The translations under genes were made by a program, and so were the position numbers. The notes under the pieces were generated by a model. It saw only the letters and a program-made list of their open reading frames with translations. It was not told the DNA's origin and did no database searches. From a virus, in IMG/VR virus record IMGVR_UViG_3300045974_000102, positions 32,001-96,000 of that record: a stretch of DNA of 64,000 bases. One strand, 5' to 3'. Of the stretch, positions 11,301 through 18,892 are shown piece after piece; the first letter of the stretch is position 1, and each line of letters opens with the position of its first letter.

Positions 11301-13525
11301 CCATTGAATGAGTTCTTAGCCATCTTATCTAGAATATCATTCTCACCATCAGCTAATGAATTAGTCTTTTCTCTTTCAATAATTTTCCCAACTCTTGCCT
11401 TAACTGCTTCATCTGATTGGGCGATAGCTACTACTCTACTAAGCCCCCAATAGGAGTCTTGCTGAGCTGCTTTATTAATATAGCGAGCATTGTAAATATA
11501 AGACTCTTTTGTTAAAGAAAGATTTACATCACTTAAACCTGGGTGTCCATCAAGTGAGGTAATAATAGAACTCTGCAGTGTAAGAACTTCTGTCAAGCAT
11601 AGTTTGGTGACACCATTTGCTATTATGTATCTGCCATCATAAGTTCCATAGTTTGGACCTCTATCATATTCTGGTCTATAGGTCTTTAATACTTTACTAA
11701 TAGTTTCTGAGTTAGTTGTCTTGAAGTTAATATCTACGTTAGTTTCGCCTGGTCCAACATACTGAGCTGTTGGAATAGACATGCCAATGATAGGTATCCA
11801 TGCAAAGTTGTTTTGATATGTTACAGCAAGACTATGTGCTTCTTCTTCAATAGTCGAGTCTACAATTAAATTTAATCTTCTGGACATTTCTTCAGCTTGT
11901 CCATTGCTAGCTTCAACTGCCTGATGAAACTTCTCTCTATCTATTTTATGGATTAGTAGAGATGAGTCTTCTGCGAACCATACGCGGTCTGGGTCATTAA
12001 GAATTTCTTCAACGAATAAGTTGTATGGGTGTATCGCATCTTCTAGGACAAGTGTCTTAGGAATAGTTGCATCTTTTTCGTCTTTAATAGTTGTCTTTAG
12101 AGACAAGTCTTTTAACTGTGATATTGTTCTTGCATTCTTATCATACTTATAATATTCAAGTCTTTCAAATGTATCACCGTTGAAATATGAGTTATAATTA
12201 AATAGTGAGAACTGGAATGTTGCGCCTAGTGAGCCTGGGTGTCCATCTAATGTGTAGACAGTATAAGAGTCCATTGTAACAGGAATATAGTCTGTGCCAG
12301 CATATGGACTTAGTATTACATGTCCTTCTCCTATCAACTTTCCAACTAAGTCAACTGATCTAATAAGATTAAATGGACAGTATGTATACTGCACAATAAT
12401 TCTCTTTAGTTCATTGTTGATAGCCTCTTCTCCACTGAATATTACGTTCATCTTTATTGCAAGTCTATTCGTAGAGTTAGAAATTGGCTTAGACTCTCTG
12501 CCTAATATAGGGACGCTATATGTTGTGCGCATTTGAGCAATAGTCACGTGTGTAGGAGGAACCTTAAGCCACACGTCGCCTATCTTAATTATTTCAGTTT
12601 CACTATCACATTTAGATAAGATCTCTTGTCTTCTAAGATCATCCGTGCCATAGAGTTTATTAAAGTCTCTTCTGGCTGTATCTCTCATTGCAATAACAGA
12701 CTGATTCTGTGGAGTTGTAGGCAGAGCTGCTGCATTTGCTACATCTGGATTTAGCTTTAGGAATGCTGCAAATCTTTGATTTAGGTATTGTGGAGTAATA
12801 CTATTTACTGCATCTGCCCATGCTGGATCTTTTGATGGAAGCAATGGTATAGCTTTGCCTATATCAACAAGCATAACATTTAACTCTCCTCGTTGATCTG
12901 TAGCTATACCATAATCGTTTACGAATGGGAGACCTGTTATTGCTGTTTGATCTTCAAATGCTACCTGAGCAGGAGTTATGGCTCCAGTGCCAAGACTGTC
13001 AGTTCTTAGCTTCTGGATATCTAATACCATATTAGGATTTTTAAAACCTTCTTGTAAAGTTTCATGTAGAAGTATAGTGCCTTCTACAGCTTTACCAACT
13101 TCTGGAACAGCATTACCTTTTGCATCTACACCAGCAAGGTTGCTATTAGTGGTTATATGGGCAAGAGCAACTTGTTCGCTGCTGCCATCTGTATAAACAA
13201 GTTCAAGTTGAGTGGGTCCAGTTGCTTTAACAAAAGATACTATCTTGCCAGGCTCAACACCTTTTACTTGTTTGCTGTTAACCATTACAGTAGGATATGT
13301 ATTTATATCTCCAGAGCGATAAGCTTGATATGTTGGTGTGTCGACCTTATATGCAGCATGCTGAGCTATTGTTGCCATTGATGCTTTTAAATTTTGCGCA
13401 GTTGTCCCATTACCTGACCAAGCTGATGTTGAGAACTTCTTTTTATTTTCATCTAAAAGGTTGTAATTCCACACATTAGCTGCTACGGAACTTACACCAT
13501 CATACGAACTTTTTAAAATTGCCAT
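5300..13525 (-). CDS. Giant baseplate hub / tail-associated lytic transglycosylase fusion (2741 aa)
   Basis: Hub-like segments LRTGMRIALRLGYS...VFIGTI and GTLIIRGNSKIEPYDKIYI...VIHKFD; hydrophobic Gly/Ala helices; C-terminal SLT motifs IECESSFN, IGLMQL, RYNG. Confidence 0.75.
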   Translation of the reverse strand: MAILKSSYDGVSSVAANVWNYNLLDENKKKFSTSAWSGNGTTAQNLKASMATIAQHAAYKVDTPTYQAYRSGDINTYPTVMVNSKQVKGVEPGKIVSFVKATGPTQLELVYTDGSSEQVALAHITTNSNLAGVDAKGNAVPEVGKAVEGTILLHETLQEGFKNPNMVLDIQKLRTDSLGTGAITPAQVAFEDQTAITGLPFVNDYGIATDQRGELNVMLVDIGKAIPLLPSKDPAWADAVNSITPQYLNQRFAAFLKLNPDVANAAALPTTPQNQSVIAMRDTARRDFNKLYGTDDLRRQEILSKCDSETEIIKIGDVWLKVPPTHVTIAQMRTTYSVPILGRESKPISNSTNRLAIKMNVIFSGEEAINNELKRIIVQYTYCPFNLIRSVDLVGKLIGEGHVILSPYAGTDYIPVTMDSYTVYTLDGHPGSLGATFQFSLFNYNSYFNGDTFERLEYYKYDKNARTISQLKDLSLKTTIKDEKDATIPKTLVLEDAIHPYNLFVEEILNDPDRVWFAEDSSLLIHKIDREKFHQAVEASNGQAEEMSRRLNLIVDSTIEEEAHSLAVTYQNNFAWIPIIGMSIPTAQYVGPGETNVDINFKTTNSETISKVLKTYRPEYDRGPNYGTYDGRYIIANGVTKLCLTEVLTLQSSIITSLDGHPGLSDVNLSLTKESYIYNARYINKAAQQDSYWGLSRVVAIAQSDEAVKARVGKIIEREKTNSLADGENDILDKMAKNSFNGIPPDLSVFKKATRAILSSYFLIADDPKTGIMGLIDSRAQLYSTVTDNRARTKYKQIAQLLALVTDVVSRKAGWNESKIFNNWKFFIRSTNPEWGGGNITFAEALAGGIYEDKLLLPESNVGVIKSLENWQINKMSRFADEEFAELPEYSSSYFTKNITSGLNTITKGQLLAMLDKTATAEQRMNAKVLLMALFKDAFEETWNQKQAFANDGRALYFYFEGDYREHAILRNYGKMTTQCKEYLATEGEDGVSGNWILEVDIKSERDISTNSSVRRWVALYVLLIRGVVEGTGTYGESVENQSEEEVPEGEVILEPELMKIKPWGGHRYFPWIDNFVAASMLDSATMGDWYVNYKVTNLYEFLDKIKTDVVDFVSPSMNTTVWKNVYARESFSAEEGATFKDLIDKDSPLSPIIANTMPTRLKDMNVNYVKDGKVVRDDERKESSLTKAMMDPKTIGWAGWARSIVEGRDRPPTSLTSTSMLTDCAYGRMNALRKEAEGFITSTYSARLYNNDKKQEQGDIVNVADGNSRGIAIKRADGRTVGPVSSTLVSDCHPIIKDNTKLGAPMPRYGTLMELQGQLGLLSRCPAAYYLSSMGYTDSIGAVSEYVFNAEGPIRDFNSTKFTLSPSDTLAPSGDVWINTFTKAGSSDPSNLNGLWKDTIDGMPGYQGSSIAEFESNTWRPMIDATQITSTGYGSDASATPTNAVDKAIYNYYKKDTTNLTEQAAAYSMSNDKPWTGGEVTNADMKSAANQSAENILKSMMPTDGLENAFPTYKLYVIKSDTSDYKYYSLDDYYDFRLVQDLMVIRDKNNPVHLLRCRIVIDPKYISTEIRPNQITSRNVFEGSSPYSPQNIKDTEEDTRIFSDGSAGIYGASVVPLRTGMRIALRLGYSTDPRMLDTVFIGTITSLSGNKDTYIYEIEAHGDGRELISAPSSRAENISGNNYADIISKILRSNPQVAHFGQIYGSFIERFGRSHISVMAMFKDSWKSGLIFGAGAGISATAAFLGPKQLFRYMALTAAGASIATLYKPLTHVPDIWTEEVMHKWWGKQGEHGYLSVLAGRIREIGCSFAGALYNNEKASLEIGQHFYKIFQSGNNPIDDNIYAPDIWNKLWHGVNFNINNKTTIWDVLQNIKRLYPNYALDVRPYGNRSTLFLGPAEWNYFRTDDPIQAMAPSLTSMSLLSTDMYAEGIREAIKNLGPKLNRYGEFAEGTKFFNAVAPFIPFQKHHMVSSFKDIIHNGIKATPDRGWNHITVQYAKNQKDVEDSDKVTEFCIDADIDPTYLIKKFESINWTDNEDVANQYAIGRLKEGAERLYGGTLIIRGNSKIEPYDKIYIADKVNKMYGWVEVETVIHKFDSEMGYTTHIVPNLVCSVNHDSYLSTAQVFKRIMFEHIGTIGVGGVLQAIGGYALGSMGVWVLAALAFIAGGAFLISQVIGSDEAKNRKANPDTAAMERREYEYVPMLAKEAMGFNAMVSAGEFGYFFGGLMHWLRGADEFIMSERMYSAEQRVLSRNAARAKFRAREILTNVKGFATTLAEKWAAHSRKSLIDQIATILKKESAEILGMSEIEIAKALEEATFGAGAESTVARNLLKKKNLMSDLAKALTTKPVAAAVEAEAGATITAMAKRSFGERLALSPFGTIIHAAPMKAGIAYLLLTCIEMIPQLFESMAIKSITKNNAIIVHPIWYRNSLLMQGMEGYKNNDAFMFGKGIIADYKKTIDNTLRQIGDYTSVNWTGISKLENPNRNVVNPLPGAMADMSPSEFKKAYPGTPLSLADLQAVPPGKGIEYIKWKLEQMNKKNQDIATPEVLFSWVLGAFNKYKNTTPLLDPLMIATTIECESSFNAHAKSSDIGLMQLSAGQDGSHGKEWVDKIIREMAQDADWIKTKTPAFPRSWEDLSDNHVKYAKWVIFAGVKHIAERAIDAETRYMGEYKGTDPWAKREVIHKLSYWRYNGMQCRGFDADNNPIPKGESSKQLKHNYDVEKNYAEKRYAVIKWCKEKA

Positions 13526-13537
13526 TATAACCTCTTG

Positions 13538-16500
13538 TTAGGAGTATCTATACATATCTTCTTTATAAGGATTTGAACCATCTTGGCGGGTATGAACTGT
13601 ATTATATCCTCTGGAGGATACAATGTTTCCTATTGTTGACATCGCTTCTCTGCTGTCTGTTAATAAGTTCATGCTCGTATTATAATTTGCTTTGGTCTGT
13701 AAAGTTCTCTGTGAACCCATTTGAGAGCGTGGTGCTTGGAACGCTGGATTGTTTACTGATGGTAAATCATTTGGATCTTCAATAGCTCCATCGTCTGTTG
13801 CTAAATTCCACATAGCTAAGCCTGCTAGTGCTGCAGCACCTGCCCCTATCATTCTTGGTAGTGTGACATGATCCTCAATAAACTTCCAAGCCTTATCAAC
13901 TCCAGCGAATTTCCTTGACGGTGGCACATAAGATCTTCTGAGCGTCTCAGCTACAGTCATTTCAATATTAGCATCTATAAGTTTAGACCTGTGCATGTGA
14001 TCCATTATAATTTTAGGTATATCTTCTTTATTAGTTTTACCAGTTTCAACTCTCTTAGCTAGCGAGTTAAGCATGCCGCCTATACTGTCAGATGTTCCAG
14101 CCCCAGCTCCTTCGTCAATACCCTTAGAGAGCATGTTAAGGAAGCCACCATTGAAACCAAGTGCTTCTGCTTCGTCTTTGCTAAACTGTGATGCTATAGT
14201 TGGTGTATTTTTGATTGCTCTCTGATACTCTGCGAATGCATCTTCTACCTTAGTTGTGGCACCTGAATATCTGTGAGCTACACCATACTCGTCGAAATTA
14301 AGCTCTCTGATATTATATGTTAGGTCAGCTAAGTGATTAGAGGCATTCCACATTTCTGTGCCTCTAACTGCATTTTCTGCCATCCATGATGTTCCACTCT
14401 TTCTTGCTGCTATAGCTGCATGAGCTAAGATGGGGCTCATCTCACCGCCAGAGTTTCTAAGTAGATTTACATAGCCTTCATCTGTAATATTGCCCATAGC
14501 TTTAAGCACATTATCCATAGTAGCCTCGACTCCATTGGGGCCAAGGATAGACTGTATATGCTTTGAACTAATAATGCTCTGCTCCCAGAACTTAGGGACA
14601 AATGTATGAATGAATGTTCTATATTTTGAGAATGTGTCTTCAGCTATTCTGCCATCTACAAGTCCTTCAAGGCCACCTTTCATCTGGAATGTCTGCGCAG
14701 AGAATGCACCTGTTAGGCCTTTAGTAAGCCATGCTGCTATACCAGTATTAACCTCAAGATGGGAGGCAGATTCGAACATTGCCTCAACTTCTTTATCTCC
14801 CATTTTTGCAAATGATTGGAATCTCATATCTGGGAATAGAGTGCCAATTGCACTTCTGTTTCCTGCTGCGTTCATAAAGTTAAAGACAGTCTTCTGGTTA
14901 CCATTAATTTCAGCAAGTCTTTCTGCTTTAGCTTTGCTGCCAAACAGTGTGAGTAATTGTATTTTATCACCGTCATGGTCAGCGTTCATAAGTAGTCTTT
15001 GTGCATGACCTAGTGCTAAGCTCTTGCCTTGTATCGGATTCTTTTGATCCCAGTCTGGGAAGATATTAGCTAGTGCCATACTCTTGGCGTAGATAGCAGG
15101 GTAACGTGTGACCATGCCAGTTAAGCCTTCTTTATCAATTATATTCATTGCCTCTTTGGAATAAAATCCACCACCACCATCTAAAAATTTATTTATATAC
15201 CATTCTAATTCTTTACCTTTAGCAATTTTAGCTTCTGCCATCATACTGCCTACTGTATGTAGTGTATCATTTTGCCAAGCAAATAGACTCTCTCTTGATT
15301 CTATTCCCGCCACATCTAAGTTCTGCTCAAAGAAGTTTCCTTCACCAAACCAGTCTCTAAGAACATCTTTTACTTCTACATTATTGCTTTCAGCTGCAGA
15401 CATTGCTTCAGATAACATTTCATCTATTGAAGCCGCATATGTTTCTTTTGAAACTTTAGTTACATTACCTATTGCGTAATGTAGGTCTTGAGCTTCTTGC
15501 CAATAGGATGCCTTATCTTCTACCATCTTTTCAAGCTTAGTTAATGGTGATGACTTCTCTGATAAGAAGTTTACATCTGGAGTATTCATACTATAATAAG
15601 CCCCAGGGACGTGTAGTGATGCTTCACGTAGGATGCCGCCCTTAGTTGAATGTCCATGAATATCTACAGCATATGCTAAAGCCTCTAGTCCACTTTTGCT
15701 TAATTCTCCTTGTGGTGAGTTAACTACATCATTAAGTAGCTCATGCACTTTCCATGAGAAGTCGCTCAATGCTACCTTATCTTCTTCAGGCATATAGTAG
15801 CCGCCTTTGAAGTAGTCATTGCCTGGTATAAAGACTTGTCTGTCATGTGCCTGTAGTAAGAAGCCGTTTGGATTATTGTTTGAAGATAAGAATGAATCCA
15901 AGAAATGTAGTGGATCCTGAATGTTTCTTCTGGCTTTATCGCCATATCCATAAGGTCCCATTATTTTCTTTAGCTCTTCAACATCAACTAACTTGGCATC
16001 TGTAAACGCAGATACATCTTCACCTGCAATAGACATCTCCATTAGGCGCTGTTGCTCCATAAGCCTTGGTGTGTCTATTATACTTCTTAGAGACAGTTCT
16101 TCCATGACACCAGGAGTGTCTCTTAGATACTGCATATCTCTAAATCCTATACGCATTGTGTTACTGCCTATGCCTTGCGCAAGAGATTCAGTCTCTTGTG
16201 GCGAGAAGCCAGTCGCAAGCCAGAAGTTTGTATCTAGACCCTCTAGCGCATGGTAATCATGCCCAAATTTACGTTCATAATTTAAAAAGCCTCTCTGGCG
16301 CATCTTATTATAGTTACGAGGACCTAGTCTATTTGTGGCATATTCTAGTCCTTCGAAAACTAACCTTTCAGTATTCCTGTGCGCTAGTATCTTAGCCTTT
16401 CCAGTTGTATTAAGCGCATTTAAGTCTTCAACAACTTTTTCTCCCATATAACCTAGGTCATCAAGTGACCCTATTGATGTATCCATTCCAGCATGCCTTT

Positions 16501-18883
16501 GCAAGCCAACTAGGTTTTGCACATCAAGAAATTGCTGCACAGGGTTATCGCTTATCTGAAACTGTAGTCCCTCAGTCTTTGCAATCTCACTGAGGTTAAG
16601 ATCGCCTGTGCGGTTGCCAGTAAGGTATTGTGAGAAGCGTGACGCTGCATCGCCTGTAAGAGTTAAATTATTGTCTAGAGCAAGTAAGTGTCCTCTTAGA
16701 GCATCTTGCATAAATGGTAGAGCTGCTCCTACATTCTTTCCAATAACTTCTGATGTCGGACCAGTACCGCCTTTCGGGCCATGAATAGCAAGTAATGCTT
16801 TCTCGTAATAGTTAAGAGACATTCTAAATTCATCTTTCCCAGGTGAGTACATCCTAGTGACAGCAGCACGCGTTGACTGGCCATGAGCTAAAAGCTTAGT
16901 TGTGTCTTCTATATATTTGCCGTGCAAGATCCAGCCATCATAGCCAAGCTCTTGGCGTAAAGCTCTAGACTCAAGAGTCCGTAAGATATCTTCTTCGTCT
17001 TGCTCAAACATTGCTTCTGCTCTCACTAAAGATTCTCTGCCTACAATTTCTTCGTCTTTAGCTATATCACCTGTGAGCTGTCTACCTACTCTATTGACTC
17101 CAATATGTGTGCCTTTTTTCATTGTTAACTTCTGAACATCTATGTCTCCAGCAGCTATCTTCTTATATACACTACCTATCGAGCCAACACGTCTTTCGCC
17201 AGATTTAGTTATATAGTTGACTTCAGCTTCCTCAGCATAGAAGTTTTCAAACTTTACTTTTTTATATGTACCATCTTCCTGCATTTCTTCTCTATATTCT
17301 AATTTTGGCACAGTAAGTCTCTTAATGAAATCATCTACATATATATTCTTTCCTCTCTTAACTGACAAATCTACCCATCTAGATACTTCAATAGCCTGGT
17401 CTGTTGTAGGGTCTAGTGTGCCTAATAGATTAAGATTTCCACCTAGTCTCATATGCTGTAGGTGTGGACTTTCCATGTAGTTATTTGTAAACATGCCTGG
17501 GTTATATCTTGCTTGTGTCGTGCCGAAGTAAGACGGCTTGTTACGGTTAGCGAATGATATTCCTTTAAATGCCTTATCGCCTTCTGCTTGGTAGATGCCA
17601 TATAGGTTTTCTCTAGCATTTGCCGATAAGTCTGCTACCTGCTTCTGCGGACCTACAAATCCGAAGTGTTTCTGTAGAAATGATTTAGTCTTTTGGAAGT
17701 TAGGGTTTACTGCCTTTGCTCCCATGGTCTTTGTTTTGAAGGTCATTAGGTCTGGGTTGCCACGGATACCTTCACCCATCCCATACAATAGTCTTTGGAT
17801 ATCAGGATTGAAAGCATCTTCCCCAGGACGGAATGAATGCAATTGCGATGTGCCCATAGCTACTGAGTCAATGCCTTTTAGATGTGCCTTATCGCTTAGC
17901 TTTAGTCTACCAAAGAATGTTGCTTCGAGCTCTGAGCCTGCTAGTGCTTCTGCTGCGGGATTAACACCTTGGATGTTCTGAGCTGTTTCAGTTGCGCCCT
18001 TTAATACTTTAGCAAGCATCCTTGCTAGATTGGTTTGAGAGCCAACAAGACCAGCCTGCTCTCCTATAGTAACGGCCATCATTTTCTCAATATCGCTCTT
18101 AGTAACGCCTTTGCCTTCTAGGCTCTTGTAATAGTCACGTGCCATGTCAAAGTCTAAGCTTCCAACAATACCACGCTTCTTTATATCCCTAAGTGACTCA
18201 AGGATATGAGTGTTAGGATCCATTACCTCAGCACCAAGACCTTTGGGTGTGTCTACTATATCGTATTTCCTTGAGTGCACCCATCTTGAATGTGTGCCTT
18301 CTTGTATCCTTGTCTCTACCCACGCTTTAGAGCTCTCATCGTATTTCGAGAAGGGCACATTAAGTTTATATCCGCCTACGTCTACGATAGCATTGGTGCC
18401 TTGGAAGCCTTCAAATCTTCCCTTGATACCTATACTCTCAAGTATACCCATAAGCTCCTGACCGATAGGGCTGCCCTCTTCATCAACTACCTCTTCTAGC
18501 TTATTGAAATACTGCTTACCAGCTCTTCCTTTAGATGCGCTTAGCTGTGCAGCATCAAGGTCATGTCTAATAAGTTCATACTTCTCAGCATTTTTACCAG
18601 CTAAGTCTTCTCTGAACTTATTTAGGATCTTGTTCCTTGGGTTAGCTTTCGCAGAGCCAGTAGACATTGCCTCATACATTCTATCAGCTACCTTAGCTGA
18701 TGTGCTTTTCTCAGCAGCAACTTTAGGATATATAAAGTTGACAGCCTTTGTGCCTACTTCCATAAACTTCTTTTTATCGTAAGCATAGAACCCAAGTGCT
18801 GCTGCACCTGTGCCTAGAATGCCAGCAGTCATTAGTGAGCCAAGAGTGCCTGAGTCTTCTTCATATGGGCTGTTCGGGGTCAT
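13538..18883 (-). CDS. Putative single-chain two-barrel (virion) RNA polymerase (1781 aa)
   Basis: TRYPAIY (RYP at 15098-15106) followed about 40 aa later by NADHDGD (14966-14986), matching the beta-prime R-x-P / NADFDGD architecture; upstream TTKLLAHGQSTR resembles beta GDKxxGRHGxK; hydrophobic helices at both termini. Confidence 0.75.
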   Translation of the reverse strand: MTPNSPYEEDSGTLGSLMTAGILGTGAAALGFYAYDKKKFMEVGTKAVNFIYPKVAAEKSTSAKVADRMYEAMSTGSAKANPRNKILNKFREDLAGKNAEKYELIRHDLDAAQLSASKGRAGKQYFNKLEEVVDEEGSPIGQELMGILESIGIKGRFEGFQGTNAIVDVGGYKLNVPFSKYDESSKAWVETRIQEGTHSRWVHSRKYDIVDTPKGLGAEVMDPNTHILESLRDIKKRGIVGSLDFDMARDYYKSLEGKGVTKSDIEKMMAVTIGEQAGLVGSQTNLARMLAKVLKGATETAQNIQGVNPAAEALAGSELEATFFGRLKLSDKAHLKGIDSVAMGTSQLHSFRPGEDAFNPDIQRLLYGMGEGIRGNPDLMTFKTKTMGAKAVNPNFQKTKSFLQKHFGFVGPQKQVADLSANARENLYGIYQAEGDKAFKGISFANRNKPSYFGTTQARYNPGMFTNNYMESPHLQHMRLGGNLNLLGTLDPTTDQAIEVSRWVDLSVKRGKNIYVDDFIKRLTVPKLEYREEMQEDGTYKKVKFENFYAEEAEVNYITKSGERRVGSIGSVYKKIAAGDIDVQKLTMKKGTHIGVNRVGRQLTGDIAKDEEIVGRESLVRAEAMFEQDEEDILRTLESRALRQELGYDGWILHGKYIEDTTKLLAHGQSTRAAVTRMYSPGKDEFRMSLNYYEKALLAIHGPKGGTGPTSEVIGKNVGAALPFMQDALRGHLLALDNNLTLTGDAASRFSQYLTGNRTGDLNLSEIAKTEGLQFQISDNPVQQFLDVQNLVGLQRHAGMDTSIGSLDDLGYMGEKVVEDLNALNTTGKAKILAHRNTERLVFEGLEYATNRLGPRNYNKMRQRGFLNYERKFGHDYHALEGLDTNFWLATGFSPQETESLAQGIGSNTMRIGFRDMQYLRDTPGVMEELSLRSIIDTPRLMEQQRLMEMSIAGEDVSAFTDAKLVDVEELKKIMGPYGYGDKARRNIQDPLHFLDSFLSSNNNPNGFLLQAHDRQVFIPGNDYFKGGYYMPEEDKVALSDFSWKVHELLNDVVNSPQGELSKSGLEALAYAVDIHGHSTKGGILREASLHVPGAYYSMNTPDVNFLSEKSSPLTKLEKMVEDKASYWQEAQDLHYAIGNVTKVSKETYAASIDEMLSEAMSAAESNNVEVKDVLRDWFGEGNFFEQNLDVAGIESRESLFAWQNDTLHTVGSMMAEAKIAKGKELEWYINKFLDGGGGFYSKEAMNIIDKEGLTGMVTRYPAIYAKSMALANIFPDWDQKNPIQGKSLALGHAQRLLMNADHDGDKIQLLTLFGSKAKAERLAEINGNQKTVFNFMNAAGNRSAIGTLFPDMRFQSFAKMGDKEVEAMFESASHLEVNTGIAAWLTKGLTGAFSAQTFQMKGGLEGLVDGRIAEDTFSKYRTFIHTFVPKFWEQSIISSKHIQSILGPNGVEATMDNVLKAMGNITDEGYVNLLRNSGGEMSPILAHAAIAARKSGTSWMAENAVRGTEMWNASNHLADLTYNIRELNFDEYGVAHRYSGATTKVEDAFAEYQRAIKNTPTIASQFSKDEAEALGFNGGFLNMLSKGIDEGAGAGTSDSIGGMLNSLAKRVETGKTNKEDIPKIIMDHMHRSKLIDANIEMTVAETLRRSYVPPSRKFAGVDKAWKFIEDHVTLPRMIGAGAAALAGLAMWNLATDDGAIEDPNDLPSVNNPAFQAPRSQMGSQRTLQTKANYNTSMNLLTDSREAMSTIGNIVSSRGYNTVHTRQDGSNPYKEDMYRYS

Positions 18884-18892
18884 AATATATCC

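Noticed and set aside
13538-18883. Cellular rpoC, or a calcium-binding DxDxDG loop as the explanation for NADHDGD
   Set aside because: It lacks the other conserved RpoC blocks and lies in a phage tail operon; the upstream R-x-P motif at RNAP-like spacing favours a divergent phage RNAP over an isolated Ca-binding loop
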